Assembly: GCA_002269645.1 (NCBI GenBank)
Contig: NIVC01001975.1
Location: 62,001 to 126,000, forward strand
Direction: 5' to 3'
Source of the DNA: Macrostomum lignano
Lineage: Eukaryota
Length of the DNA stretch: 64,000 nucleotides
The notes under the pieces were generated by a model that worked only from the letters and a program-made list of their open reading frames with translations, did not search any database and was not told where the DNA came from. Both the position numbers and the translations under genes were made by a program. Positions 36,601-49,820 of this stretch are shown here, piece by piece. How positions within the stretch are numbered: position 1 is the first letter of the stretch; the number at the start of each line of letters is the position of its first letter.

Positions 36601-39600
36601 CCTTGTGAGAGTCTATATTTATGAGCTGCATTCGTATAATAGCTCATAGTTTCTCCTTAGAGAGCACAAACTATTCTATAGAAAAGCTGCACTTATTCGG
36701 CCTCAGTCTCAGCATCCCACCCCGCCTCATCCCCGCCAAGTTTTGCATAGCCTGCTCCAGCAGTCTTGACCTGGCGCGGGGCGCTGGGGTGGGTGCGTGC
36801 TTGGCTTAGCTATAGAGAAATGGAAAATATAACTCGCTGGGATGGCGAGAGAAGCAGCTGAGAGAGGAGGATCAGAGGCTGAGAAGCAAATAGTTCGAAT
36901 GCTGATGGCGAGGGTGAGGCTGGGCAGATCGGGGGTTAGTGCTAGAGTATCGGACTCTCTCGAGTGGCACTCCCTCTGCCACTCCTTCCCTCTATAAAAT
37001 TGCGAGTCTGGGCAGAAAACCCCCTATACGCTACAGGCACGTACGCACCCTCGAGTGCAACTTGTCAGACTTTGAAGAAGATTTATTGCTCCTTTTCAAT
37101 CTCCGCCGCCCTTTCCATCCGTCCATCTATCTTTAGAACACTTTTAGCTGGGATATATTTAGTGAGCTCGAGCTGCAGTAAAACGTTTTAATATTTACTT
37201 TTATGTAAACTACACTACATATCGGTAGTCCCTTCCTCTGTCCCTGTGCACCATTTTGACCTGCGAGGAGGATAGGGAGCGATGCAGGAGAGGGGAGCTG
37301 TGGAAAGAGATTAGGATTCGAAGGAAGCGCATTATAGGATTAGGGAGCGAAGAGGCCCCGGGATCGCTTTTGCTTTATGCAGTGTGTTTGATTCTTCCCT
37401 TCCTCTCCTCCGCTCCCACCCCAGATTTCTGCATCATCTGAGCTGTCTGCATTTATTATCCTCGCCCACTGGCCGACCTTGAGGTTTCCTTTTTTGTCCC
37501 CATTTTTACTGGGAAAAGATTCTCAAAATGCTACAGAAACGGGTGGGTGATGATGGAGTCGTGATAATTCCAATCGAGAGAAATATTATTGGGCGAGTAA
37601 AGTGATTTGAACAACGGATGTACGAGAGGTGTGAAAGCCTGGATGTGATGATATTCATTTATTAGTTTAGTTGCTGCTTAAGTAGACTTTCTGTTGTTTC
37701 TCCATTGTATCTTTGTAACCCCATGGCTGTGCTTAGTCCAGTAAAGCTTCGTATTTCATTTTACTATGATATTTTTTTGTTTGTATACCCTATCAACACG
37801 CTCAAGCTTCTCAACTATCTCGAAATTGAAATTGCGCTCGTAAAGAATCTGATCAATCCCGAATCTGATCAATCCCGAATCTGATCAATCCCGAATCTGA
37901 TCAATCCCGAATCTGATCAATCCCGAATCTGATCAATCCCGAATCTGATCAATCCCGAATCTGATCAATCCCGAATCTGATCAATCCCGAATCTGATCAA
38001 TCCCGAATCTGATCAATCCCGAATCTGATCAATCCCGAATCTGATCAATCCCGAATCTGATCAATCCCGAATCTGATCAATCCCGAATCTGATCAATCCC
38101 GAATCTGATCAATCCCGAATCTGATCAATCCCGAATCTGATCAATCCCGAATCTGATCAATCCCGAATCTGATCAATCCCGAATCTGATCAATCCCGAAT
38201 CTGATCAATCCCGAATCTGATCAATCCCGAAGCTGATCAATCCCGAATCTGATCAATCTGATCAGTTTTGATCGCCAGCGCTCTCTCTTGTCTCAAATCC
38301 CCACTCTCGATAATCTCCGATGCTCACCCTTCCGCAGCGGGAGGATCGAAGAACCCCGAGGAGGAGCTGCGCATGGCCGAAGAGAAATTCGTTGAGAGCA
38401 AAAACCTGGCCGAAAATGCCATGGTCAACTTTCTCAATTCCGATGTGAGTTGTTGATTTGGCTAGCAGTTTTAAATTCTTTTCTGTGAAAGTATCGATTA
38501 AAATAATCTAACTCGAGCAAATGACTCAAAACTTTGCGCGCAGGCTGAGCACATCGCCGCTCTGTACGAGTTTGTATCGTCCGAGGTCGTCTATCACCAG
38601 GAGGCCGTGCGGATTCTGTCCGACCTGCAGCAGCGGCTAGAAGAGAAGTGAGCCACCGATTTCTACTGGGTTAAGTGTCTGTGTGGATTGCTAATCTATC
38701 TGTGTGGATTGCTAATCTATCTGTGTGGATTGCTAATCTATCTATGTGCATTGCTAATCTATCTGTGTGGATTGCTAATCTATCTGTGTGGATTGCTAAT
38801 TTATCTATGTGGATTGCTAATCTATCTATGTGGATTGCTAATCTATCTGTGTGGATTGCTAATCTATCTGTGTGGATTGCTAATCTATCTATGTGGATTG
38901 CTAATCTATCTATGTGGATTGCTAATCTATCTGTGTGGATTGCTAATTTATCTGTGTGGATTGCTAATCTATCTATGTGGATTGCTAATCTATCTGTGTG
39001 GATTGCTAATCTATCTGTGTGGATTGCTAATTTATCTATGTGGATTGCTAATCTATCTATGTGGATTGCTAATCTATCTATGTGGATTGCTAATCTATCT
39101 ATGTGGATTGCTAATCTATCTGTGTGGATTGCTAATTTATCTGTGTGGATTGCTAATTTATCTGTGTGGATTGCTAATCTATCTGTGTGGATTGCTAATC
39201 TATCTGTGTGGATTGCTAATTTAGCTGTGTGGATTGCTAATTTAGCTGTGTGGATTGCTACTCTACGAGCTATCTGTGTGGATTGCTAATCTGTCAATGG
39301 GGGTTGCTAATCTATCTGTTGGTATTGTTAATCTATCACTATCTCTTTAAAAAGTACTAGGTCCACAAAGACTTGTTTACTTTATTCTCTGTTAAACTCA
39401 TTTCCATTGGGTTACTAACCTTTCATTATCAATATAATTACCAACGCATCAATAGGCGCCGCATATTGCTAATCTGTTTTTTACTTAGTCCACAATTCTG
39501 AACTAATTAACAAATGAGGAAATCAGCCATCAAGCGATTGAAAAATTCCTTGGAGCGCTCTGAAGCCGACAGGCAGAGCGGCGCTCGGGTCCATTTACTG

Positions 39601-42600
39601 GATTGGCTCTCGCGATTGGGCCACGCGGGACTGGGAAGGGGGGGGGTTCGCTGAGCTGAATAGTTTTTCTGGGAAACACAAAATTACTACTGAATTTTAA
39701 GCATACTGAATGAGCCTGTGTACTTTAATTAGGTTAGATACATGCATCTTGTAGATTAGCAATCTACACAGATAGATTAGCAACCCACATAGATTAACAA
39801 TCTGCATTGATAGATTAGCAATCCACATAGATAAATTAGCAACCCGCATAGATAGATTAGCAATCCTCATAGATAGATTAGCAATCCACATAGATAGATT
39901 AGCAATCCTCATAGATAGATTAGCAATCCTCATAGATAAATTAGCAATCCACACAGATAGATTAGCAATCCACACAGATAGATTAGCAATCCACACAGAT
40001 AGATTAGCAATCCTCACAGATAGATTAGCAATCCTCATAGATAGATTAGCAATCCACACAGATAGATTAGCAATCCACACAGATAGATTAGCAATCCACA
40101 CAGATAGATTAGCAATCCTCATTGATAGATTAGGAATCCTCATTGATAGATTAGCAATCCACATAGACAGATTAGCAATCCACACAGATAGATTAGCAAT
40201 CCACATAGATAGATTAGCAATCCACATAGATCAGCAATCCATCGGCGTGGCCTGTCCTCAACCTGTCCAATTCGGACAGTCTATAAATAAATCCGCAGCC
40301 AAAAATAGCCCCATATGTGAGTATGCAGTCCATCGATTTTAGCCCTCTAGTCCAGGTTAACCTCGCGCTACTCTAGGTGGCCGTTAAGAAGTGAGAAAAA
40401 GAAATTGCAAACAGAATGGAGATGAAGAGACGATGCTTGAGGTTGAGGGGAGGGGTTAATGGCGGAGATGAAGGCAGCGTGGGCGGCTGCTGGATGCCCA
40501 TGCAGAGAGGAAAGCGCCTGGACTAAGTGTGAATGGCTTGGATTCTCTATCGATCTGGCGTGTCCCATTGTGAAGTCGAATCTATTTTTAGCCTGTTGGG
40601 CAAGTATTGCTTTTGGCAACTATTTTCCTTTGCCTTATATGGTAGTGCGGCGAGATTGGCTGCTCAACGCTCATCTGACAGATTTACGAGTATCTGTTAG
40701 AACTGATAATTTTCAAATTGCTGAAATAGACTTTGATTTGCTTTGAGATGGGGGGAACGGTTTAATCTGCTTGATGTCAGCATCCCCCCTGAGTTGGATT
40801 CCATATTAGGACTCATACTTATATGCCCTATATGCGCCCTTGTCAGTGCCGGCCGCCTTGCGTGATGCGCGTTTGCATCAGGCTTATGGAGGCAGTTCGG
40901 GCCCTCGGGCTTAGGCTGAGAGATGCAGAGACAGATTGGGAAGGGAGAGGGAGAGAGAGAGAGAGAGTGCTCAGCGAACTCGCAACTCGGGGATTTCTTC
41001 CTAGTTTCTCCCAGCTCGCACACTCGCTCTCTCCGCTCTCTCCGGTCCATCTTGTCCGGCTCCCCGTCTTCGCCTTCGCCTTTGCCTCGGTCTTCTTCCG
41101 TCTGCAACTTTCTGCCTCCGCTCTCGTCTTCTCCAAAGAGAGCGGACCAGAGCTGTCCTATTCGGGAGCAATATAGTTCCCACAGTGTGCCGATCCCGCG
41201 GGAGGGGAGGCGCTGGTGCTCGGAATAGAATGGATTGCTAATCTAGCCAATCACGGATGCAGGAATAGAATGGATTGCTAATCAAGCCAAACACGGATGC
41301 AGGAATAGAATGGATTGCTAATCTAGCCAAACACGGATGCAGGAATAGAATGGATTGCTAATCTAGCCAAACACGGATGCAGGAATAGAATGGATTGCTA
41401 ATCAAGCCAAACACGGATGCAGGAATAGAATGGATTGCTAATCTAGCCAAACACGGATGCAGGAATAGAATGGATTGCTAATCTAGCCAAACACGGATGC
41501 AGGAATAGAATGGATTGCTAATCTAGCCAAACACGGATGCAGGAATAGAATGGATTGCTAATCTAGCCAAACACTGATGCAGGAATAGAATGGATTGCTA
41601 AGCTAGCCAATCACGGATGCAGGAATAGAATGGATTGCTAATCTAGCCAAACACGGATGCAGGAATAGAATGGATTGCTAATCTAGCCAAACACGGATGC
41701 AGGAATAGAATGGATTGCTAAGCTAGCCAATCACGGATGCAGGAATAGAATGGATTGCTAATCTAGCCAAACACGGATGCAAGAATAGAATGGATTGCTA
41801 ATCTAGCCAAACACGGATGCAGGAATAGAATGGATTGCTAACCTAGCCAATACACGGATGCAGGAATATAATGGATTGCTAATCTAGTCAAACACGGATG
41901 CAGGAATATAATGGATTGCTAATCTAGCCAAACGGATGCAGGAATAGAATGGATTGCTAATCTAGCCAAACACGGATGAAGGAATAGAATGGATTGCTAA
42001 TCTAGCCAAACACTGATGCAGGAATAGAATGGATTGCTAATCTAGCCAAACACGGATGCAGGAATAGAATGGATTGCTAATCTAGCCAAACACGGATGCA
42101 GGAATAGAATGGATTGCTAATCTAGCCAATCACGGATGCAGGAATAGAATGGATTGCTAATCTAGCCAAACACGGATGCAGGAATAGAATGGATTGCTAA
42201 TCTAGCCAATCACGGATGCAGGAATAGAATGGATTGCTAATCTAGCCAAACACGGATGCAGGAATAGAATGGATTGCTAATCTAGCCAAACACGGATGCA
42301 GGAATAGAATGGATTGCTAATCTAGCTAAACACGGATGAAGGAATAGAATGTATTGCTAATCTAGCCAATTCCGGATGAAGGAATAGAATGGATTGCTAA
42401 TTGTCATTCAGTTGTACAGGCAAGAACTTTATACCTAAACTTTTGTGAATTTTATTGACACTCGCACTACTCTACTAGTCTACTAGTAAGTAGAGTAGCG
42501 AGGTTATTATATCCGATTTTTATTTCCGCGCTAAAAATTAAGCGAGAATCTAAGTCATAAGGCTTCTGAATCCACACCCCTGCATCCGCCATGATCAACC

Positions 42601-44884
42601 CGCCGCAGGCGCAGAGAGGCAGCCGAGCGGCCCAAGACGGAGTACGTGCCTACGAAGCCGACAGGCGCTGGCAACAATTCCAGCCTGAGCCGCGACCACC
42701 TGCCGTCTCCGCAGCAGCAGCACTCGGCCAATTCTTGGCGCTCGGACAACCAGGAGAATCACCATCAGCAGGGGGCCACAACACCGCTGAGTGAGTTGAA
42801 TGCTCTTCACTTATTATTTATTACCTTGCCTAATTCCCGACAATGACTTTTGCTTCCGCCAACTCTAGGTTTTGAAGGTTGATTTGATTTGTTCAGTTCT
42901 ATTTTCACTCTCAATGTCACTCATTTGGTCACACTTAGTGCTATTGTCACTCTTACTGCCATTTTCACACTCACACCAATTGTCACTCAAACATCTCGAC
43001 TATTGTCACTCGAAATTCTGAATTTCAATATCACTCTCACACTAAATTTCAGTCTCACTAGCATTGTCACTCACTGTCATTGTCACTCACTGTCATTGTC
43101 ACTCACTGTCATTGTCACTCACTGTCATTGTCACTCACTGTCATTGTCACTCAATGTCATTGTCACTCACTGTCATTGTCACTCACTGTCATTGTCACTC
43201 ACTGTCATTGTCACTCACTGTCATTGTCACTCAATGTCATTGTCACTCACTGTCATTGTCACTCACTGTCATTGTCACTCACTGTCATTGTCACTCAGTT
43301 TCATTGTATTCATCATAAAATTGGCACTGTTTTTCTTCCCCGCCATTGTATTGTATTCATAATTTTCCTGCATTTCTTTGCTTAATTTTGCCTTCAAATT
43401 TACTCAAATTGGCTCAAATTAAATTACTCATCTATTTATAGGTGCATCCAAGCATTTTGCTCATAAATTCCATAGCTGTGTTAATTTTGATATTTCAATG
43501 TCAGTTTCCTTATCTTATTTGAATATAATGTTTGCTTTAATTTAGCATATAAAGTACTTATCTAACTCCCTGAATAAACTGCAGAAAACAGTTTTTTTGC
43601 CAAATAACAAATTCAAGCAAAAAACGCCATTCATGCTACTAATAAACTGACGCATATTCCCTGCTGTCACCCGCCCCCCTCCGCCAAATTATTAAACATA
43701 TAGACAAATGGAAGTCCAATGGTGGCAATGATGAGTTCGAGGCCGGCCACGGTAACCAATAAGACCCTCCCCCGGTGACTGGCTGGCTGCAAATCTTATT
43801 CTTTATCGACCTGCCAACCCTCTAGTTCTTTAGCTAAATCTAAACTTCTTTCTAAACATATCGGTGACTCGAGTAGACTCTTTAAGACACATTTTGCATG
43901 CGGGAATTCCCAGCAGCTATTTATTTTCTATTTACACCCAGCACCGGGCATTTATTTATTTACTTGTTTATGACAATTCCAATGGAAATTGTCCTCACCA
44001 TCGCGTACACGCCTGGAACACCTCTTCTGTTCGAGAGGCTGCTATTGTAGAAATGTGTTTATTTAGCAACAACTCATGCATTCACAAAGTTGCTTTAAGA
44101 TGTAGATCTTTGCGTTCAGTGCACCGTCTCTTTGCTTTCTCATCTCCTCAACTACCCTCCGATTGCCTCAACTACCTTCCGATTGCCTCAACTACCTTCC
44201 GATTGCCTCAACTACCTTCTGATTGCCTCAACTACCTTCCGATTGCCTCAACTACCTTCTGATTGCCTTAACTACCTTCTGATTGCCTCAACTACCTTCT
44301 AATTGCCTCAACTACCTTCTGATTGTCTCAACTACCCTCCGATTGCCTCAACTACCTTCTGATAGCCTCAACTACCTTCTGATTGCCTCAACTACCTTCT
44401 GATCGCCTTAACAACCTTCTGATTGTCTCAACTACCTTCTGATTGCCTCAACTACCTTCTGATCGTCTCAACTACCTTCTGATCTCATCAACTACCCTCT
44501 GATCTCTTCAACTACTGTACTGCCTTTTTTCTCTCGATCGCTACTTCCTTACGGCAGGCAAGACCCACAATTGCCAATAGCAATAAGACTGACACCTGGA
44601 CTGTGCCTTACTGACTGAATAAGCAGCACTCAGCAGCTTCTCCAGCGCCTGCTTGCCCCCCCCCCTCCCATCCTCGCGCAGAGTCGGCCGGCGGCGGCTC
44701 CACGCCCAGCTGCCGGGCTCTGTACTCATTCTCGGCCGAGAACAGCACCGAGCTGCCATTCGAAGAGGGCGACACTATCGCCCTGCTGGCCCAGGTGGAC
44801 GAGAACTGGTACGAGGGCGAGGCTCACGGCCGCAGGGGCTACTTCCCTGTCAACTACGTTGAGGTTCTGGTCCCGCTACCGTGA
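27695..44884 (+). CDS. SH3GL: Endophilin-A (N-BAR + SH3), ~372 aa, 10 exons
   Basis: join(27695-27739, 28826-28894, 28975-29047, 29142-29285, 32714-32847, 32951-33008, 38338-38444, 38544-38647, 42609-42790, 44682-44884). All introns are GT-AG; total 1119 nt keeps frame. Peptides [58 protein letters not shown], and SH3 CRALYSF...ELPFEEGD...DENWYEG...[15 protein letters not shown]. Confidence 0.95.
29340..32515. repeat. 31/32-bp minisatellite (~100 units) filling endophilin intron 4
   Basis: Units TTGGGTGTGCTGCCCTCCCCATTGTTTCTCAG (32 bp) and CGCGTGTGCTGCCCTCCCCATTGTTTCTCAG (31 bp); a diverged variant occupies about 32270-32515. Confidence 0.95.
33043..33195 (+). mobile_element. tRNA-derived SINE-like element
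   Basis: A-box-like GCAGCTCAGTGCTAA (33050-33064) and B-box GGTTCGAATCC (33094-33104), then a non-tRNA body running into an (AGACT)n-type tail. No complete cloverleaf. Confidence 0.55.
33196..33587. repeat. (AGACT)-based compound satellite (e.g. AGACTAGACTAGATTAAAAACT)
   Basis: Direct tandem units immediately 3' of the SINE body. Confidence 0.9.
33634..33963. repeat. 15-bp minisatellite CCTGCGGGAAAACCT (~22 units)
   Basis: Period 15, in register with the 60-nt lines. Confidence 0.95.
34520..34720. repeat. CT-rich low-complexity tract
   Basis: Pyrimidine-only run. Confidence 0.85.
36259..36434. repeat. 17-bp minisatellite GCGCGCTTAATGATACT (~10 units)
   Basis: Direct tandem units. Confidence 0.9.
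37845..38260. repeat. Near-perfect 16-bp minisatellite GAATCTGATCAATCCC (~26 units)
   Basis: Direct tandem units ending about 80 bp before exon 7. Confidence 0.95.
38676..39336 (+). repeat. 21-bp minisatellite GTGGATTGCTAATCTATCTGT (array A, endophilin intron 8)
   Basis: Direct tandem units. Confidence 0.95.
39752..40241 (-). repeat. Same 21-bp minisatellite in inverted orientation (array B)
   Basis: Units ACAGATAGATTAGCAATCCAC are the reverse complement of array A. Confidence 0.95.
41221..42401 (+). repeat. 40-bp minisatellite GGAATAGAATGGATTGCTAATCTAGCCAAACACGGATGCA (~29 units; array C)
   Basis: Period 40; shares the TGGATTGCTAATCTA core with arrays A and B. Confidence 0.95.
43062..43297. 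repeat. 16-bp minisatellite CATTGTCACTCACTGT
   Basis: Direct tandem units. Confidence 0.9.
44147..44515. repeat. 20-bp minisatellite CTCAACTACCTTCTGATTGC
   Basis: Direct tandem units. Confidence 0.9.
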
Positions 44885-45552
44885 ACTCAAATGCTAATCA
44901 ATTAAACATTATAGCGACTGTGTTTAAAACTACAGATTTAAATATAGTTATGTATTATGTGGCGTAGCGACTCGATATGTTTTCATTTTAGCCTCATCTC
45001 TGTCTCTCAGCATGCAAGCTGTTAGTTGCTTCACTGCATGGGCATTAAGCTTTTGACGGGCTTTAGTGTCGTCAGTCCTTGAGCATCTACTGAACTGCAG
45101 ACTCGGCTTCATCGGGCTATCAAAACATAGCTTAGTACTGTTTTCTCTTCTTCGTCTTATCTGTGTGAAATTTCTATTTAAAAAAATAAGTTTGCACTAA
45201 GTTTTATCAATTCTAGTCTGTGTTTTATTTTATTTTCCGCCTCTATCTATCCTTATACTTGCTGTTATTTTTGCTTTCGCACATTTTTTAAACGAAAAAC
45301 CAACACAACCGACGATATTTTAGAATGATGTTGCGCTTTTTTTATACAAAAGTCATATCTCTGTTGTCTGGCTCCTAGTCTATATATGCACTTTTATATT
45401 TGTGTAACCTTTCGCTGCATTTCACTTACCAGCGCATCTGTTTTCTGAATGCTCAGCGCGAGTCAAATTTTGGACTGGGGCTGCTCACATTCTGATCTGC
45501 ATAACCTTCCTCTCTCTCTCTCTTGCTTTCAGCTCCTCTCACCTAGCTGGCC

Positions 45553-45973
45553 CACAGATACTAAAATAACTACATGAGTAGATAGGCCACTCAGAACATT
45601 TGCATGCAAGCTACTTTCAGCTCAGTAGTAAGTTGAACTGAAGCATTTTAATGTATTTTTAAAGCCAAGGCTTATTTATTGGCTCTCACCACACCCCCAT
45701 CGCTTAAACCCTCAAACTTCACGCAGAACCTGTCCCAACCTAAAGCTGCCATGTACATTTCAGTGGACTGGCAAATGTACATTATGGCTGAACCAAATTA
45801 GCAAGCTGTTTACGCCTGTAAGCTTGGGCTTCTAAACTTATCAAAGTCATTTTATGTGTCTTTATATCATAAAATAGCTTATGTATTCTTCCTTGCTACT
45901 GAACTGAAAGTAGAAAGCTGTTTTACTAAGTATATATGCCTGAGTGGCCCATCTAGTTTTTTTTGTATCCGTG
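45553..45973 (+). mobile_element. MITE (TIR CACAGATAC...), older copy, downstream of the endophilin stop codon
   Basis: Homologous throughout to 56076-56490. Ends CACAGATAC / GTATCCGTG. Flanks AGCTGGCC / ACCTGACC match 6 of 8 (degenerate TSD). Confidence 0.75.
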
Positions 45974-46167
45974 ACCTGACCTGCTAACTAATCTGCCCTC
46001 CTTTTGTGTTGACGAGCGGCGATGACCCTGCGGCGGGCATCAGCAAATTGCAAGCATAATATGTACTATAGCCTCTTAACTGTCCTGTCTGTCCTCTGTC
46101 TGTTCTTGCATGCCGTTTTTTGTGCACATACTTCGCCTGTCATACTACTGACTTTATTAGTAGCTTT

Positions 46168-46173
46168 AATAAA
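46168..46173 (+). terminator. Candidate endophilin polyadenylation signal AATAAA
   Basis: Canonical hexamer downstream of the stop codon and the MITE; use not verified. Confidence 0.35.
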
Positions 46174-47340
46174 CATGTAGTTCCTCATTTATTTTTTTTG
46201 CTTATAAAGTTGAGGTAAGCATTTGGCGGGCCACTATGACGTCATTCTATTTACTATTTGCCTTCGTATAAGCTCTGTTTGTTATTCTAATTCATAGCTA
46301 TGCATACGGAAATCACTAATAACTCTATAGTTATAATTTTACATAGCAACTGGAACTGTCTGTATTCGCCAATGGTTTCAAGCTGATGCCCAGCGCTCTG
46401 AAGGCCGCATAAATGCTATATTGATTTATATTTTTCATGTGTTCTCCGTCTGCTATTGCATACATGCCGCATGGCTAACTGGCTTGGTTCAACCTAGATT
46501 TCAATTCTTAAGCTTTATTAGCTCCTGTCACTATTTAAATGCTGACCTTAAATTAGTTCTACATGTATGTCCGCTGTTATATTCATATAAAATTAATTGT
46601 ATTTCATATTCTTTATTCTTTGTTGTTGAAGTAGACTTACGAATCTGGCGGCTATAAGCAGCATCTCACCCTTGATTTCTAGCTAATTCTCATGCTGTCA
46701 TGCATGCACGCCTTAGAGCCTGTTCTGACCTGCGCAGTCTTGTTATATGATGATACATTGCAACCCCTAACATCTATCTCGCTTCGTGTAATGAGAACAT
46801 ATTATATGTGCTGATAGGAACAACTTGGTCCCACACTTCGCATCGAGTCAATTACTAATATTCACACGTCACACACACATATAAGCATGTATACCAGATG
46901 CATTAACCTTTAAAACATTGGAAACATGTTTCTGTTCTAGCATCGATTCGATAATTATTACATTTAAACTTTTTAATTATAGTTTTACTTTGCCTACAAT
47001 ATAGGCTATATAGTGGCTAGCGCGAATGCATAAATAATTTACTTTTATTTATTTTAATCAGACGTTATGCTTAAATATATGTTTTTTTAAATAAAAGTCA
47101 AAGCGAAGCGAACCTATAGATATAATAATAAGCTATTTAACAAAAAGCTCTTGGCTGTTGTTCACCAAATTGCCAAGAGCATTGCAACACTATCGAAGAT
47201 TATTGAGTTTTTGATCTGTCTTTTTTCATGCCCACATGCATACTGACTATGTAAGCATCCGTTCTGATTTACGTGTACATGTATGACACTGTTTGTAAAA
47301 CGTTAAACACTTTGAAAAGTGCAGAAAACTAATTAACTGA

Positions 47341-47880
47341 CAAAATACAACACAATACGCAGTTAGCGTCACGGGGCGCGCTTCAAGGCCAGGTCGCGAA
47401 AGAACGCCACGCCACCGGCAGAATACGTGGAGCCGGCGTCAGCCAGCAGGCAGTCGACGAAACGCCGAGTGCGCGACTGCCCCCGCCGGTAGGGTGCCTG
47501 CAGAGTTAGGAGCAGCACCTCCTGCACCGGCTCTGTGCAGTACGACTCGGTGCGGATGATGTGGCCTGCCAGCTGGAGTCGCCAACAGCGCAGCAGGTCG
47601 TTTGGTACGGACCAGGCCGGCGCGGTGATACAAAGCCGCGTTGCTCACTCGCTCTCGTAGCCGAGCTTGAAGGCGGCGCGCAGCAGCTGAGGTAGACGAA
47701 CTGCGGAAAACGCGGAAGCTCTGTCGCCTGTTCATCAGTGCCTCGGCACAAAATCGCAGTCTCGATGTCGTCCGGCACGCAGAGCACGACGGTCTTCAGC
47801 GTGTTGACCACTAGGCCGACACTCGCCGCAACAGCAACGAGCTTGTCCAGTTGTCGCTGGGGCGCCCTTGACAGTTGAGT
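47341..47880 (-). mobile_element. 5'-truncated, frameshifted non-LTR retrotransposon (RTE-like) 3' end
   Basis: Minus strand reads QRQLDKLVAVAASVGLVVNTLKTVVL...PQFVYL (RT C-terminal motifs). After a frameshift it reads RLQLAGHIIR...VDCLLADAG...ALKRAP*. Short GTATT/GTGTT tail; degenerate 11-bp TSD TAATTAACTGA (47330-47340) / TAATTGAATGA (47881-47891). Confidence 0.8.
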
Positions 47881-49820
47881 TAATTGAATGATACGTACTG
47901 CTGCTCATATAGTTGATACTGTTCTAAGATACTACGAGTAAATCTAAATAAGAATCTAGAAGCAACGATCGTGCCTCTTTGCTTCGATTGCATATATTTA
48001 TATCAACGATTTATGTAATTAACGAAATTAAAATTGGTGAAACATTCAATTAAATAAAACGGTAGGCCTCCGCCTCCCCTGAGAGTTTAAGAATGCCCTC
48101 CAGTCAGCGTAAAAAATTTCCCAGAAGTGAATTACTACCTCATTTTTCACTGATGGCTTTAATTTTGTTTTACTTAATTCGGTGTAAATGCGTGCGTCTG
48201 CTGCTAAATTTTTATTAATCCCCATGTGCTCTTGTCTGTTTCCACCCGGTGGTCCTGCGTTTACTACCCACTGGTCCGACTCATTGACTATTGTCCCTCT
48301 TCCAATCGCTTGTGTGACGGTCTGCCGGCCCTGTCCTGGCCAGATTATTCCTTGGTAAAACAATGCAGCTCCCCTTATTGAGTTCCATGATACCCGAGGT
48401 AAATTTTTAAGCCCAAGTGACCAGCTACATATACCTACCATTAAAATACATTGCCATTGGTAATTATTTTACGTATTACATGTACATGCATGTAAATTTT
48501 CTGTCTGCTTAAATTTGGCTATAACTCCATTCTTCGCAGTACGCCAAATGCCTAATTACTTTTAGAATTGTCAATAAAATCCAGAACGCTCATTCGGTTA
48601 AGTTTAATTGTTCCTTTTAGACTTTGTGACCCTCGGAAAAGCATTCAGATCTAAGGGATCTCATCAATTAATAGAGTCCACGGGCTAGTTCGAGATACTT
48701 CCAGGCACTTTGGATTTCTTCTCAACGAATTCACGCGGTGGTGGCAACGACCTGCTACTACAAGTAACACTCTGAGTATTAAGCATTAGCTTACGAAAAT
48801 TTGTAAGAGTTTCCGAATATCTCAATTATTGCGAAAAATTCCGCATCGGCTGATGTACATTGTTTGCCCAGCATTCTGAAGTGCGACATCAACTTAGACG
48901 ACTCAGTCATTAGTCACGACCATAGCTACCCCCCTCTGAGCTTGATCATAAGCCAGAGCTTCCCACATTGCACTCCAAGTTGTTCGTATCGACCTTAACC
49001 CCGGAAATTCTGGCACGGATTTAAACTAGACAAAGTCTCGTCAGAGCGAGCCTCGAGCTCTCGATTGAACGTGCTCGAGGTACAACGTGCAAGGCCTGAG
49101 CCCAAACATAAAGAAACCTGCCATCCTCAAAAAACGTTGTCCTTGCTGATTCAAGTCTCGTCAGTCCCGCATCGAGTAAAAATGTGAACTCACTCATCAA
49201 GCATTCGTAGCCTATCTAAAGATTCTGAATAGGGCCTAACGCCTAATCTGATATGTATGAGACAGATGCAAGCAAAGTACCCTAATTCTGAGAAAACAGC
49301 ATTGCCAACAAATCTTAGTTTAAATAGCTGGGCTTAGCTTTAGTTTAGGCTACAATCATGGAATTACTTGTACTTTTACTTTTTGGATTGGACGATATCA
49401 TATTTTCGAGATTTTCGAGACTCGAGATCTAGGCCTATGCTATGTTATGCTTTTCAGAGATTTGATCGAGATTCGATATTAAGCCTAATTAGCATCTAAC
49501 AGGCTCTCTTTACACTAGGTAAATCAGTGCTAAGATTATTATTTGGTAAATTTGTACAATTATGATTATAGAAAAAGAAGGAAAAACAATTTTTTATAGA
49601 ATAGAATATTGAGCTTGCTATGGTAGGTCTAATATCATTTGTATAATAATTTACTAGTATAGTAATTACTAAAGTAATTTGTATAGTATATAAATATACA
49701 AGTATCAGTTTTAGATATTATATTTGTTTAAATGTAAATATACAATGTTAATTGCAAATAACATTTTGACAAATAATACATATTATATTGATTAATTTTG
49801 ATTAAATGGATTTAAAATAT

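Noticed and set aside
40368-41228. Cluster of 60-136 aa ORFs in endophilin intron 8
   Set aside because: Low-complexity GA/CT-rich translations on both strands, with no domain or consistent splice pattern.
33583-43385. Repeat-peptide ORFs ([33 protein letters not shown])
   Set aside because: They are translations of intronic 15-, 21- and 16-bp minisatellites.
48046-49200. 131-aa minus-strand ORF and adjacent moderately GC-rich DNA
   Set aside because: No recognisable motif and frames are interrupted; possibly a decayed transposon, but not supportable without a search.
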